Source of the DNA: Eledone cirrhosa
Taxonomy: Eukaryota
NCBI GenBank assembly: GCA_964016885.1
Contig: OZ024742.1
Coordinates: 234,298,001-234,362,000, forward strand
Reading direction: 5' to 3'
Length of the DNA stretch: 64,000 nt
The position numbers and the translations under genes were made by a program. Numbering within the stretch: position 1 is the first letter of the stretch; each line of letters opens with the position of its first letter. Shown one piece after another: positions 1-12,066 of this stretch. The notes below the pieces were generated by a model. That model was not told where the DNA came from, did no database searches, and was given only the letters and a program-made list of their open reading frames with translations.

Positions 1-708
1 ATACCAGGTATATTTTATCAAGACACCAGCATTAGGGAAGTTGACATGTCTTTAACACAGTTAAAGTGTCTTCGTGATCATTTGAATGACAAGTTTCTAA
101 GGCTGGATGCCCTTCCTGTCATCAACTACAGTCAGCTCAGTTCTGTGGCATCTTCATGAGGTTCAATTTCTTGAAGTCATTTTTCACAGACTCATCCATG
201 TCTTCCTTGGTCTCCTCTTCATGTTACATCTAATTCAAGCGCTCGGCACCTTTTTATGAAAGAGTGAAGGACATTTACCTGATGTAACAAATGAGGTTTT
301 AGAATGAATTAGATTTGTTACCAATATATATAATATATGTGTGTGTATGTGTATATATCATCATCATCATCATCATCATTCAACATCTATTTTCCACACT
401 TGCATGGGTTAGACGAGTTGTTATATTATGAGACAAGTCCGGTCAAGAGACCATGTCATGTTCATACGGATCTGTATTTTGGCTTGGTTTTATGGCTGGA
501 TGCCCTTTCTAACACCAACCACATTACAGTGTGGACTGAATGCTTTTTATCATGGCACTGAAACAACGATCTAACGAGATGGACTGGGTGCTTTTTCATC
601 ATGTCACCAGCAAAAACCACCGTACAGTGTGTAGTGAGTGCTTTTTTGTGTCACCAGCACTACCATCTTACATATACCTTTACCTCCTTGTTGCTTCTTT
701 GAATTTAG

Positions 709-824
709 GAACCTCGCCGTAGTCCCACTCCAGAAAGGAAACGAGGGAACCATAAAGAAGATAAAAGTTATAGGAGCCCATCTCCACGAGGGAGAAGAAA
801 TAGAAGTCGCTCTCCACACAGAAG
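709..824 (+). CDS. PRPF38A: Internal coding exon of Prp38/PRPF38A-like splicing factor (EPRRSPTPERKRGNHKEDKSYRSPSPRGRRNRSRSPHR)
   Basis: Pyrimidine tract plus TAG acceptor (706-708) and AG|GTACTG donor at 825. RS-rich frame; PRRSPT matches the human PRPF38A tail as I recall it. Ends in phase 2, compatible with the exon at 6203. Upstream exons lie outside the window. Confidence 0.75.
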
Positions 825-1231
825 GTACTGTATTTTTTTCTCATCATTTATTATCTATAGATTTTTTAGGATCAAAATATAATTGAACCCCTGACCATCT
901 ATATATATAAAACTGTTGTTGTCTGTGTGTATGTGTGTCCTCATTTTTGCAAAGTCTATACAAATCCACATTTCTACCCGATTGACTTCAAACTTGCATT
1001 TATATATTCCTTGCGATCTAAAGATACTAACTGCAGCTTTTATTTTTCAATTTTCTGTTGTTAAAGGGGTATTAGGCGCCGGTTATCCATCTCCGTCGAG
1101 CCAGCCCTTATAATATATGTCTGCATAACGACATTTTGATGAACATGTCATTGCTGACGTATTATCTTCGTTTCATTCACACACATACACACACACATAT
1201 ATATACATATACACACGCATATATACACATA

Positions 1232-1500
1232 TCATCATCATCATCATCATCACCGTTTTACGTCCGTTCTTCCACGCTAGCATGGGTTAGACGGGTTGTC
1301 CTGTTATGGGCAGTGTCTGGTCGGCTGACCATGCCTTGCTCATACAGGAACTGATCTGGCTTGATTTCTACAGCTGGATGCCCTTCCTAACACCAACCTC
1401 ATTTACAGTGAGTGCTGGGTGCTTTTTCGTGGCGCCTACACGTCCACTTTACAGTGTGGGCTGGGTGCTTTTTTGCCGTGGCACCTCCACGACCACCTTG
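1232..1500 (-). mobile_element. SINE family 2 with (GAT)n tail; other copies at about 358-665(-), 7660-7940(-), 14255-14470(-), 33060-33420(+), 35415-35500(-)
   Basis: (cat)n, ttccacgctagcatgggtt, ctggatgcccttcctaa..ccaacc, and internal repeats of tacagtgtgg..gggtgcttttt. Confidence 0.8.
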
Positions 1501-1536
1501 CGGTGGGTGGGGGGGGGGGCATATTGTTTATATGCT

Positions 1537-2280
1537 TCAGCATGTACCCATGGGAGGTCGGGTACCCTGTATTACTGCGTGACGCCAGAAGTCACGGTCG
1601 TGTGTCATTGACTTTGAGAGGTGTAGTTGGGTAAGGTCGGCTTTTATCACCTCATCCCAAGTCATCTTGGGTCTCCCCACTCCGCGGTTTCCATCAACTT
1701 CTAGTGCTCTGCACCTTTTTATGCAGCTGTCATCCTTCATACGCATCACATGTCCATACCAGCGTAACCGCCTCTCCTGCACGCAGCATTTGATTCCTCT
1801 TATGCTCAGTCTCTCTCTCAATTCATTTATGCTTTGTCGTTCACGTATATTACTGTTACACATCCATCGGAGCATGCAGGCTTCGTTTCTCTCTAATCTA
1901 CGTAAGTCTTCCACCTTCAGCGCCCAGGTCTCACTACCATGCAACATCGCTGTTCGGATACACGCATCATACAGTCTGCCTTTCATTCTGAGGGAGAAGC
2001 CTTTTGCAGCTAGCAGTGGTAGTAGTTCCCTAAACTTCTTCCATCCCGTTCTTACCCTAGTTATTGTACTTTCTGAGCACCCACCTCCGTTGCTAATTCG
2101 GTCACCTAGGTAGCAGAAGCTGTCTACTGTTTCTACAGGGCCCTCCCAGAGATTGGTGGTACTTGTTTCCTGTGGCTGTTTGCTTGCTGTTTCAGCACAG
2201 CTGCTGCATGTGAATCCTACATTCTTAATTAAGCTTCCTGAGATCCCGCTACATCTCTTGTGTACCCATTGTTTGCATTT
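1537..2280 (-). mobile_element. RTE-type LINE 3' fragment (5'-truncated)
   Basis: ETVDSFCYLGD, GRLYDACIRTAMLHGSETW, RRLRWYGHVMRM and GRPKMTW are typical RTE C-terminal motifs; Cys motif CKQWVHKRCSG. Confidence 0.88.
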
Positions 2281-2285
2281 ATATA

Positions 2286-2319
<34 letters not shown>

Positions 2320-3624
2320 CAAAAGTTTAAGCAAAGAATCGCTGCTTATTACTATATATATATATATATATATATACAAATGAAAGTACAGCATATTCGA
2401 AGCTCGAGCCGCAGCTAAGCCGACGAATGCCATCAGCAGTGCAGCCAAGCACTCGACAAGGTATAAACCTCAGAGTAATAACATACAGTTTAAAGGGTTT
2501 TGCAAATTGAAGATAGTGACTGGTAATTCAGCTGCGGGTTCTGTAGCAATAAACTGAGGATGTATGTATGTCCGAACCCACAGAACTTCTACAGTTTGCA
2601 ACCGATTTTCTTCGAATTTGGAACAAAGATGCGTTATGTTCCCAGGAGTGTTTTGGACTCATAAAAGTTTCAAGTTTTTGTTAATGCGGCCCCTAGATAA
2701 ATATTGGTTGGCTGGTTGCACGGAAACTACACACACACACATTTACATATACATCTAAAGAGAGAAAGGGAGATGTAGAGAGAGAGAGTGAGAGAGGTAC
2801 AAGATATTCAGATAGAGAGAGAGAGAATGGCGACGAACGCTGGTTCACACACACACACACATAAATATATATAAAGACAGAGACAGAGAGATCTGCGCAT
2901 TCTTTATTGTTCTCCATTCTGTAGAGAAAGAGAGAGAGAGGGGGGTATGACTGCGAGAGAGAGAAACGGAGGGGGGTATGAGAAAAAAGGGAGAGAGGGG
3001 TTGAGAAAGAAAGAAAGAGAGTGAGGAACTTTAACTTTTATTTATTTATCTATTCTTTGCACACTGTTCAACTCTCCCCTTTCCTCAACCTAACGTCTCT
3101 TTCTCTCTTTCACACAAGACGTACTGTGACTGTGTGTTAAATATATATATGTCCGCACACACACAAAGACGTATCTCTCTCTCTCTCTCTAATATATATA
3201 TATATATGTTATAAGAACAGATTAAAGTTTAAGCAAAGAATCGCTGCTTTCAACATTAACGGGATCTTCTGAAACTAAAAAATTCAATCTGTGAACGCAG
3301 AAGTAAATATTTCGAGAAACGTTGCAACCGAAGGAAAACAGGAAGACGATATTTTGGTTCGTGAAGACGTTCCCTGGCAATGAACGGAAAACAAGCGAGG
3401 ATAATACGTCGTTATGTGGAGCGAGAAGAACAATTTCATGTAAAGACGAGACCAAGTTTATGGTATAAATGGAGTCGTTAGACTAATATTCTATTTAAAA
3501 TAACCGAATGTTTTCCAGCCCCGGAGTTTAAGAATGATGTAAATAAAATTGTAAACGAAAATGACAGAGGTTATTAAAATAGTAAAAGTAAATAGTGAAG
3601 ATTTAGGCCAGTACATACGTATGA

Positions 3625-4143
3625 GCCAACGGACATACACATACATACCCCCCCCCCCCCCACACACACAAACACACATACACACAGACACACACACGAG
3701 TGCGCGCGTGTATAAACCTTATGCATTTCTACAGTATTTTCATCAAACTTAAGACATAGGTTACTTATGTACTCTGGATGGTCATGGGCACTTTCATTTT
3801 TACAGATATTGATTTTAGGGCCTCCGGCAGATAACCCCCTTTAGCCACTTCCTTGGAGTCGACTGAAGCACTGCAGTGCAATGCAACAAAACGTCATAAC
3901 TTCTGGAGTTCGCAACCGATTTTCACAAAACTTGATACATGGGCTACGTTTGTTCTACAGATGAATGTGAACTCTCAGAATTGGCACATATTGAGTAGGG
4001 GACCCCTGGGGGCAGGAACCCCCTTTTGGAAAAAGCCGATGATTTTGTAAAAGTATAGTTTTCAAAGCAGCACTGAAGTATTGACATAAATGGTATACAT
4101 AACTGCTATTTAATACCCGAGCAACGCCGGGTACCTCTGCTAG
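3625..4143 (+). mobile_element. Non-autonomous Helitron 3' portion; candidate 5' TC end at 898
   Basis: GC hairpin cccg-agcaacgc-cggg (4116-4131) then CTAG|T at 4140-4144; A|TCTATATATATAAAA at 897-912; near-identical inverted copy at 63475-64000. Confidence 0.75.
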
Positions 4144-4329
4144 TTATAATTAAGGTCAGTTATCTGGCTGCTTAAACTCATAGCCAGATTAATTTTCCAA
4201 AAGTTTAGGTTCAATGTGAATTTAAATGGTATGTACATTCAGTTTTACCTGTAGATTATCATAACTGGTTTGCTCATAAAGGACTTAACTACTTGTCGAC
4301 TCCTATAAAGTTTTTCTTTTTTTATGAAT

Positions 4330-6003
4330 ATACCATTGCAGCAGGGACTGTAAAGGCATCCAAAGTAAACATATGGCAGGACTTCGATGTTAAGCTGGAA
4401 TCCGACTTCAGATCAGCAAATAAAGTGTTCTGGTAGACCATCCATTGACTTTGTGATGAGAAGTCCTCCTCCACACCTGCTCTCAGGAACACTTCTGGGG
4501 TTCTCCTCTCTTCAGAGGTGGAGAGAATATTTTGTTGATCTCTTAAACCCAATCACAACAGCATCTTTGGATGTACACCTGGGAGCAATGACTAATCTCT
4601 CAGAAGTTGAGGTCACAAGAGCAGTTAAAGAGCTCAAATGTGGCAAGGCTGCTGGGGAAGATGAGGTCTGCCCTGAGATGTTAAAAGCCTTAAATAGAGG
4701 AGGCATTCTCTGGCTAACTCATGTGTGCTGGGTGGCCTGGATCCCTAGAGAGGCACCTTAGCAATGGCAATCGGGAGTGATCCCTATTTTCGAAAAGAGA
4801 GACAAGAGAGACTGTTCCAATTACAAAGAGATCTTGTTAAACCTCCTCAGTAGCCAACCAAATATTCACACTGCAGCAGGTCCTTGAGAACTCGAAGAGT
4901 ATTGCCAAGAGGTATATTCTTCTTTTGTGGACCTTGAAAAAGCGCATGATCGCGTTCCTTGGGACCTGCTGTGGAAAGTTCTGCAGGACTATGGGATCGA
5001 TGGTCAGCTTCTTGCTGCCCTGTTGTCTCTATACGAATGTTTGAGTATTTGTGTTTGTATAAATGGTGCTAAATCGAAATCAATGTGGGAGTCAGACTCC
5101 GCCAAGTCTGTATACTGTCACCTCTCCTGTTCATTATTTACATGAACAGGATTGACATGCACAACTGGGTTGGATGTAGTAGCATGACTGGTGGGTGTAA
5201 AATCCGTCAGCTGATAACATGGTGTTACTTAACTCGACAGAAGGTGATCCCCGACTTGCACTTGATAGGTTTGATGCAAAGTGCTGCAAGGCTGGAATGA
5301 AAATCAGTGCTGCAAAAACTGAGACACTCGTCCTCTCAAGGAAGCCTGCACAGTGCACTCTACATGTAAATGGAGTTCCACTGAAGCAGGTAGAGAATTT
5401 TAAGTATCTCAGGGTCATGTTCATAAGTGTTGGAAGGCAGGAGACTGAATTTAGTGCAAGAATTGCAGGAGCTTGTGCAGTAATGCGCTAGCTTCAGCAT
5501 TCAGTAATCAGAAAGAAAGGAGGTAGGAGTAAAAGCCACACTCGCTATTTTCAGTTCGGTATTCATGCTAACCCTTACCTAGGGTCATGAATCTTGGGTA
5601 ATGACTGAATGCATACAATCGTGAATACAAGCAGTCGAAATGGGGTTCCTTCAAAGGGTCCCTGGAGTAATGTTACTCAATAGAGTGTGTAGCTTTGAGA
5701 TCAGAGAGTCACTCCTAGTAGAGCTGCTACTTCTCCAATTTGAGACATCACAGCTCCGATACTATGGATATTTGGTTAGAATGTCTCAAGAAAGAACCTC
5801 TGGACAGATTTTGTTTGGTAAAACCAACCAGCAGGAGACCCAGGGGTAGACACCGAGCAAGATGGTTGGATAACATCCATAAGCTCGGCTGGTCTCGCTT
5901 GGGGATCCAGTTGGATCAGTTGGAGACAGTTACTTCTGACAGGACCTACTGGGAGGAGTGTTTGTGGACTCTTCCCCCATGACCCACTCAGGAATAAGTG
6001 AGC
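4330..6003 (+). mobile_element. Degenerate RTE-type LINE (RT region and 3' end), second family
   Basis: RWREYFVDLLN, GKAAGEDEVCPEMLK, DLEKAHDRVP, GVRLRQVCILSPLLF, VENFKYL and RPRGRHRARW, with frameshifts and stops. Confidence 0.9.
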
Positions 6004-6202
6004 AAAGAAGAATATATATACATATATATGTGTGTGTGTGTATATATAGTTCTCAAAGACCAAGGTCATATTCCTCCCCTTGCAATCCCATGTTTCTTCT
6101 ATTCCTCCTCCATTTTGAATTGTTATCTAGTGTTGATTATTAAAACTATTTATTGTAATAGATTAGTTTATTAATTGCAGTCATCAATTGTTTATTTTTC
6201 AG

Positions 6203-6273
6203 AGATAGAAAAAGCCCTGTTAGCAGAAGAAGAAGCAGTTCCAGAAATAGAGATCGCCGCCATCGTTCACCTG
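6203..6273 (+). CDS. PRPF38A: PRPF38A-like coding exon (DRKSPVSRRRSSSRNRDRRHRSP)
   Basis: tttatttttcag acceptor and G|GTAAGT donor; phase 2 in, phase 1 out; RS-rich. Confidence 0.8.
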
Positions 6274-7330
6274 GTAAGTACTTATTGATGTTTAGATATT
6301 TAGGTTTGGTCTTGTATCAATGTTTGTTTTACTTAAATATGGTATTAGTCTTCAGAAACAAATAAATCTGCACTTTGGGTTGTTAGTTATTACGCATGTC
6401 CTGTACCTTTATTCATCTCTTGTGATAAGCGAAGATACATAATTCTAAACTGGATACACATTGCAAGAATGAGATGGTTGGGTCATGTGGTGAGGAAGGA
6501 GAGTGACTAGTTGAGAGGAGTGATAGGAATAGAGTGAGTGATGAATGTTGTGAAGAGAAATAGAATGAGATGGGGTGGGAGAGGTCATGTGTTAAGGAAG
6601 TATAAGAGTGAGTGGAGTGCTGGAATGTGGAAGGAAGTAGAGGAAAAGAAAGACATGGCTAAAGGTGATGGAAGAGGAAATGAAATCCTGGCAGTTTGTG
6701 AGGAAGGTGCAGACAAGAGGGCAGAATTGAAAAGTTTTGAGGATTTCAAAGCAAATCTTTACATGGAAAATGGCCTTAAAACACTTGTTGCTAAGCTTGT
6801 TAGTATTATATTCTTAAACTTTCCATTGAGCAATACTTGTTATTTCTAATAACTCCTTCTTATATATCTTCACCCAGTCTTCCTAAGCCGTACGTTATAA
6901 CAACATCACTCTAAGACATCATCGTCATTTTTATATCCACTTTTCCCTGTTTGCATGGGTTGGGTGAGACTTTCTTTTAAGTAGGTATATATCACTGACA
7001 TTTATTGAATTACTATACTGCAGAACATAGATAAATGTCACTGCTTGCTTTTAAACAGTGTTGATATAAAGATGCTTGTGTATGTGTGCATACTCACAGA
7101 TACACAAACTTCTTAACCACTCAGCCGTACCTATGCCTGCATCTAATCTTGTTCTAATAAATCCCAACTTAACCAAATCCATCTTCTTCTGTCTTGTATT
7201 AGCCATATTTCAACTTCTTCAGCTTCCAACATTTCCTCTCTTGCCTCTTTTTGTTGGAGTGGGGAGACCTCCTGCTTACTCTTTCAACTATAAAGGTGTT
7301 TATAGCAAATGCTTGCTCTGTCTTTTTCAG

Positions 7331-7355
7331 TTACAAGACACAGAGATGATGATAG
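7331..7355 (+). CDS. PRPF38A: 25-nt PRPF38A-like microexon (VTRHRDDDR)
   Basis: tctttttcag acceptor and AG|GTAAGT donor; phase 1 in, phase 2 out, which exactly bridges the flanking exons into the RD/HIND frame. Confidence 0.75.
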
Positions 7356-9819
7356 GTAAGTAAAGAATTAAACTTAATATTGTTATCATTATCTTTCATT
7401 TCTTTCTTTTCCTTGTCTTCTTCATCTTCTTTGTTATCAACATTATCATGCCTAGGTAAAATATTCTCTCTTCTGTATTTCTTAAGACATATGTTCTTAA
7501 TTAAACATTAACATTTTTTTTTTCTTCCTTGCTTACTTTTGAAATATAGGCTAGAGTGAGAGCAAGATTTCAAGTTTGAGTTACAACTTTACAAATGATA
7601 GCACAATTTTAAATCTAATCAGTCTATTCCATTTTGGTGGTTGATAACAGAAAAGGTGTCATCATCAATATCTATTTTCCATGTTTGTATGGATTAGATT
7701 GGATGTCACATACAGAGGTTAGACTGATCAGGTGACCACATCTTGCTCATATGCTCAATTTTTAGTTTGTTTTTCTACAGCTGGATGCCCTTCCTAATGC
7801 CAATCATTTTACAGCATGTACTGAGAGCATTTTATTATGACTCTGGCACTACCACCTTACAGTGTGGATTGGGGGCTTTTTCTTATGGAACCAGCATTAC
7901 TACCTTAGAGTGTGGATTGGGGGCTTTTCTTTGTGGGCATTAATGGGATTGAAAGTGTGAGGATCATACCACCATCAGAAAGGAAGCATTTGGTCATGGT
8001 GGTGGCTTAGAAGAGATTGAAATGTGTAAAATCCCGAGCCACATCTCTATAAAATATAATGTTTCACCATTGAGAGGTGTGGAAAAATGCTGTATTCCAA
8101 ACAGATGTATCTCCTAATATGAGAAAATGAATATAACATTCATGTGGTGATAAAAAAAACAAACAAACATATTCGTGCATTACTTCATTTTACATTAATC
8201 TTTAATGCGTTGTTGGTGATAAATCGAGTCAATAGAATAATCTCCCCTTATTACATAATGCAGCGTCAAGGGAAGCAATTCAGAAGAAAATTCAACATGC
8301 TGAAGGTTATACCATGCTGATAATAATGTGATCATCATCATCATAGTTTTAAAATCCAGTTTGCCATCCTAGACTGAATTGCATGGGTTGGGTATGCAGT
8401 AGAGAATGTCAGTGGTACACTTGATCTTGTGTCATTTCATCTATAAAACTTTCTTCCAATATTTTCCTTGCTCTTCCCTTGACATAGGCATATTTCCATT
8501 ATCAGCATATCTCTGCCCAGTAGATGACATGCATTCACATCTTAGCTGCTTCCCCTTCTGCATACATCAGTTTATGTCTTTAATATTCAGCCACTCCTCT
8601 CATTTCACTTATGCTCCATATTTAATGCAATTGGGCATTCAACAGATCATAATGAAAACATTGATTTAATGGTTAGAGTGTTGGATTTACGATCATAAGG
8701 TAGTGGGTTCAATTACTGGACCAGGCAACACATTGTTCTTGAGCAACGCGCTTCACTTCACATTCCACTCAACTGAAAAGAATTAGTACCAGTAACAGCT
8801 GGATGTTAACTCCTACAATTGACTGGCATCTAGTCTAAGGGCAAGTATTTCATAAGATTCAGGTCTCTGGCATTAAAGCACATGAGAAACCTCCCATAAA
8901 ATGCAACTTTGGAGGAAGCCAACTAAACCTACATAGGTTTGAACTGTAACAAGAATGGATCAAACTCAACTTGTTTCTCTGATCTTGCACATACAATGCC
9001 CAGGTTTTACTATTATGCATCACTACACTCATTACACATGTTCCATAAAGTCTTTCTTTACAAATGAAGGTTTAGTGGGTGATAAAACTTGACTGTTTGT
9101 TGTTGTTTCTGACTCGGAAATAGGGAGAAAAAAAAAAAATCAAACTCTACAACTATTACATTTGAAATGGTTAATTAAAAAATAACATTCATTTTGTAAA
9201 CATTGTAGAATTTTTACTTTTTTCTTCAGCATAACAAATATTGTAATTGGTGTATTTAAAAATTTAATGAGATATACACATTTTCATTTTTTTTTTTTTA
9301 CTTCAATTTTTGTTTTGTTGTTTTTATTTTTTCCTTTGCTTTTAAAAAGTTGCAGCTGATGCATTTAAAATGTCAGTAAGAAATAATTTGCTTCTTTTTG
9401 TACTACTTTTAATCTCATCTCCCCTCACCATATTTCCCAAAATGTCTGCTGTACATTCACTGTTGATCAATACAATATTCTTATAACATTTAGTTGAAAA
9501 ACAGCAGCAAATGCTGAAGTCATTAAACCTAAAACAACAAACAGGTTTATTTCTTTATTTATTCTGCCTGTAAGCATTTTAAAATAGACAGTTTAGCACT
9601 TAACCTTATAGCTAAAATGGTATATTGGTATGTATATCTGCAGAGTACTTTAAAAATCAACAGTACTTTGTGTCTAAGCACACATTTATGACCGACAGCT
9701 TAGAAAATCTTTCCCTCTCATCCTTTCCCTTCTCTCAAACAGAAACAGACACATAGATGTGTTATATCTAACTTTACTTGTATTTTTGTTATTTAAAAAA
9801 ATATTTTTTTTTATTTCAG

Positions 9820-10021
9820 AAAGAAGCGCAATAAGAAAGCCAAACGTGATCACAGAGAGCGCAACCGAGACACTGACAGGCATCGAGATAGAGGTCGTGA
9901 TCGTGATAGGGACCGCGATGACAAGAGAGACAGAGACAGAGGGCATAGAGGAGGTCGTGATGAGATTCGAGAAGCCAATGAACTCAGAGCCAGGCTTGGA
10001 ATGGCTCCTCTTAGGCCTTAG
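9820..10021 (+). CDS. PRPF38A: Terminal coding exon of PRPF38A-like gene (KKRNKKAKRDHRERNRDTDRHRDRGRDRDRDRDDKRDRDRGHRGGRDEIREANELRARLGMAPLRP*)
   Basis: ttatttcag acceptor; RD-rich frame ending in HIND-like EIREANELRARLGMAPL; TAG at 10019-10021; AATAAA 70 nt downstream. Confidence 0.8.
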
Positions 10022-10090
10022 TGGAAATTTGTTTAAGATATGTTTAAATGCTGAAACAGAAGAAAGGCACCCATTTCTTCATTTATTGTA

Positions 10091-10096
10091 AATAAA
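10091..10096 (+). promoter_or_regulatory. Candidate polyadenylation signal AATAAA
   Basis: First AATAAA after the stop codon, followed by T/GT-rich sequence. Confidence 0.5.
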
Positions 10097-10164
10097 TTCA
10101 TCATCATTATTATTTTTTCCACGTTTTTCTGTTGTTGGTATTATTATCATTATTATTTTTAGAA

Positions 10165-12066
10165 CAGTGGATTGGCAGAGCATTAGACGAAATGCTTTGC
10201 TCTATTCGTGCTGAGCACTTTACATACTGAGTTTAAATCTCGCCACACTGAACCTTGCCTTTCATCCTTCTGGTATAGATAAAATAAAGTACTGGGGTTA
10301 ATTTAATTGACTTTACCCTCCTCCAAAATTGTTGGCCTTGTGCCTAAATCAGAAACCATTATTTAAGGGTGGTGGATTGGCAGAATCGGTAGAGCTCGGA
10401 CAATATGCTCTATGGCATAGTTACAGCTCTTTACATTCTGAGTTCAAATCCTGCTACGGTTAGTTTGTCTTTCATCCTTATGGGGTCAATAAAATGAACT
10501 ACCAGTAATGCACTGGGTTGATTTAATTGACTTTCCCCAACCCCCAACATTTTTGGCCTTGTTCCTAAATCAGAAATCATTATTATTTCTCTTAACCCTT
10601 TAATTTTCAAACTGGCCAAAACCGGCCAGAATTCTCTACCTCTTTCTGTTGAAACTGGCTGCAACTGGTCACTCAAACTGATGTTAAGGTATTGTTCTCA
10701 AAATAAATACTTTCAAAATCTCATAGATTCAATATTATGTGAGATAATTATGCGAGGTAAAGCCTTTACCATGAAAATATAATAGTCTATCTAGAGTAAT
10801 GTGAATGCTAAAGGGTTAAAATGCCAAGTAAATCATTTCCAAATATAGTGATTACCTTTAGATATAAAAAAAACACCCAGATATTTTAAGCAATATTATT
10901 ATTGTTTGTTTGGCTGTATCGGTAGAGCGTCAGACATGCTTTGCAGCATAGTTATAGCCCCTTATAGTCTGAGTTAAAATCCAGTTATGGTTATCTTTGT
11001 CTTTCATCCTTACGGGGTTGATAAATAAAGCACTAGTAGTGCACTGGGGTTGATTTCATTAACTTTCTCCGCCCCTAAAATTGCTGGCCTTGTGCTAAAA
11101 TCAGAAACCATTATTATTATTGTTTGAGGACTGAATTGGCCAGAATTGGTAAGGCATTAAACAAAAATGCTTTGTAGCACTTAGTTATGTCCCTTCATAT
11201 TCTGATTTCAAATCTTCCCAGGATTTTATCGAACTTTCCAAGTTCGATAAAATAAGTGCTAGTTAAATACAGTGATTAATGTTAGTTGACTAATTCTTCT
11301 CCAAAAATTTGTGGGTTTGACCTTTATAAAAAAAAAAAATCATTATAATAGAAATTAATCATCATCATCATTTTTACATCCACTTTGTCTTGCTGACGTG
11401 GGTTGGATAGAATACACAGGGAATTATTTATATACTATTCTATTTGTCATAGTGTTCACGTGTTACAATTTAAACAACCAACAAAATTAAAGATGTAATC
11501 AAACTCTAACATAATAAAAATAATTGTTTCTACTTTTGGCACAAGGCCAGCAAATACCCAGTGAATTACTGGTACTTTATTTTATCAACCCTGTAAGGAT
11601 GAAAGGCAAAGTTAACCGCGGCGGGATTTGAACTCAGAATGGCAAGGGCCATAGCTCTATGCGTCAAAGCATGACATCCGACCCTCTACCGATACCACCA
11701 ATCCACTGCCTAACATAATAAATATAATGTTATGAAGATCTATAAAATGTGGAATTTCTACAGATTCTGCTAGTAAATATTTTTATGTATATTTATATAA
11801 TACAGACTATTGTGGTTACCTCAGAAAGAAAACCACTCCTAAATGACTATACAGCATTATTAATTAAATTATTAAGAGCAGTGGATTGGCAGTATCGGTA
11901 GAGGGTCAGACGCCATTCTTTGCAGCATAGAGTTACAGCCCTTTACGGTCTGAGTTCAAATCCCGCCGAGGTTAACTTTGTCTTTCATCTTTACAAGGTC
12001 GATAAAATGAAACACTAGTAATGTACTGGGATAATTGTGGCCTTGTGCCAAAAGTAGAAACAATTA
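10165..12066. mobile_element. Cluster of tRNA-derived SINE family 1 (+ copies near 10165, 10367, 10910, 11125, 11877; - copy 11522-11712)
   Basis: A box ggattggcagaatcggtagag, B box gagttcaaatcc, central gcctttcatcc..ggggtcgataaaataaagtaccag, tail ggccttgtgcctaaagtagaaacaattat. Confidence 0.9.
10596..10815. mobile_element. TTAA-flanked piggyBac-type MITE; related copies at 34678-34885 and 41429-41644
   Basis: TTAA|CCCTTTA ... TAAAGGG|TTAA ends and shared internal sequence among the copies. Confidence 0.7.

Noticed and set aside
2385-2450. CTGATGG...CGAATA on the minus strand as a hammerhead
   Set aside because: Both core segments deviate and stems I and III do not form convincingly
9759-9819. 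Start of the 110-aa ORF 9759..10091 as an independent gene
   Set aside because: The first 20 codons are the intron's pyrimidine tract; the rest is an alternative frame of the PRPF38A terminal exon
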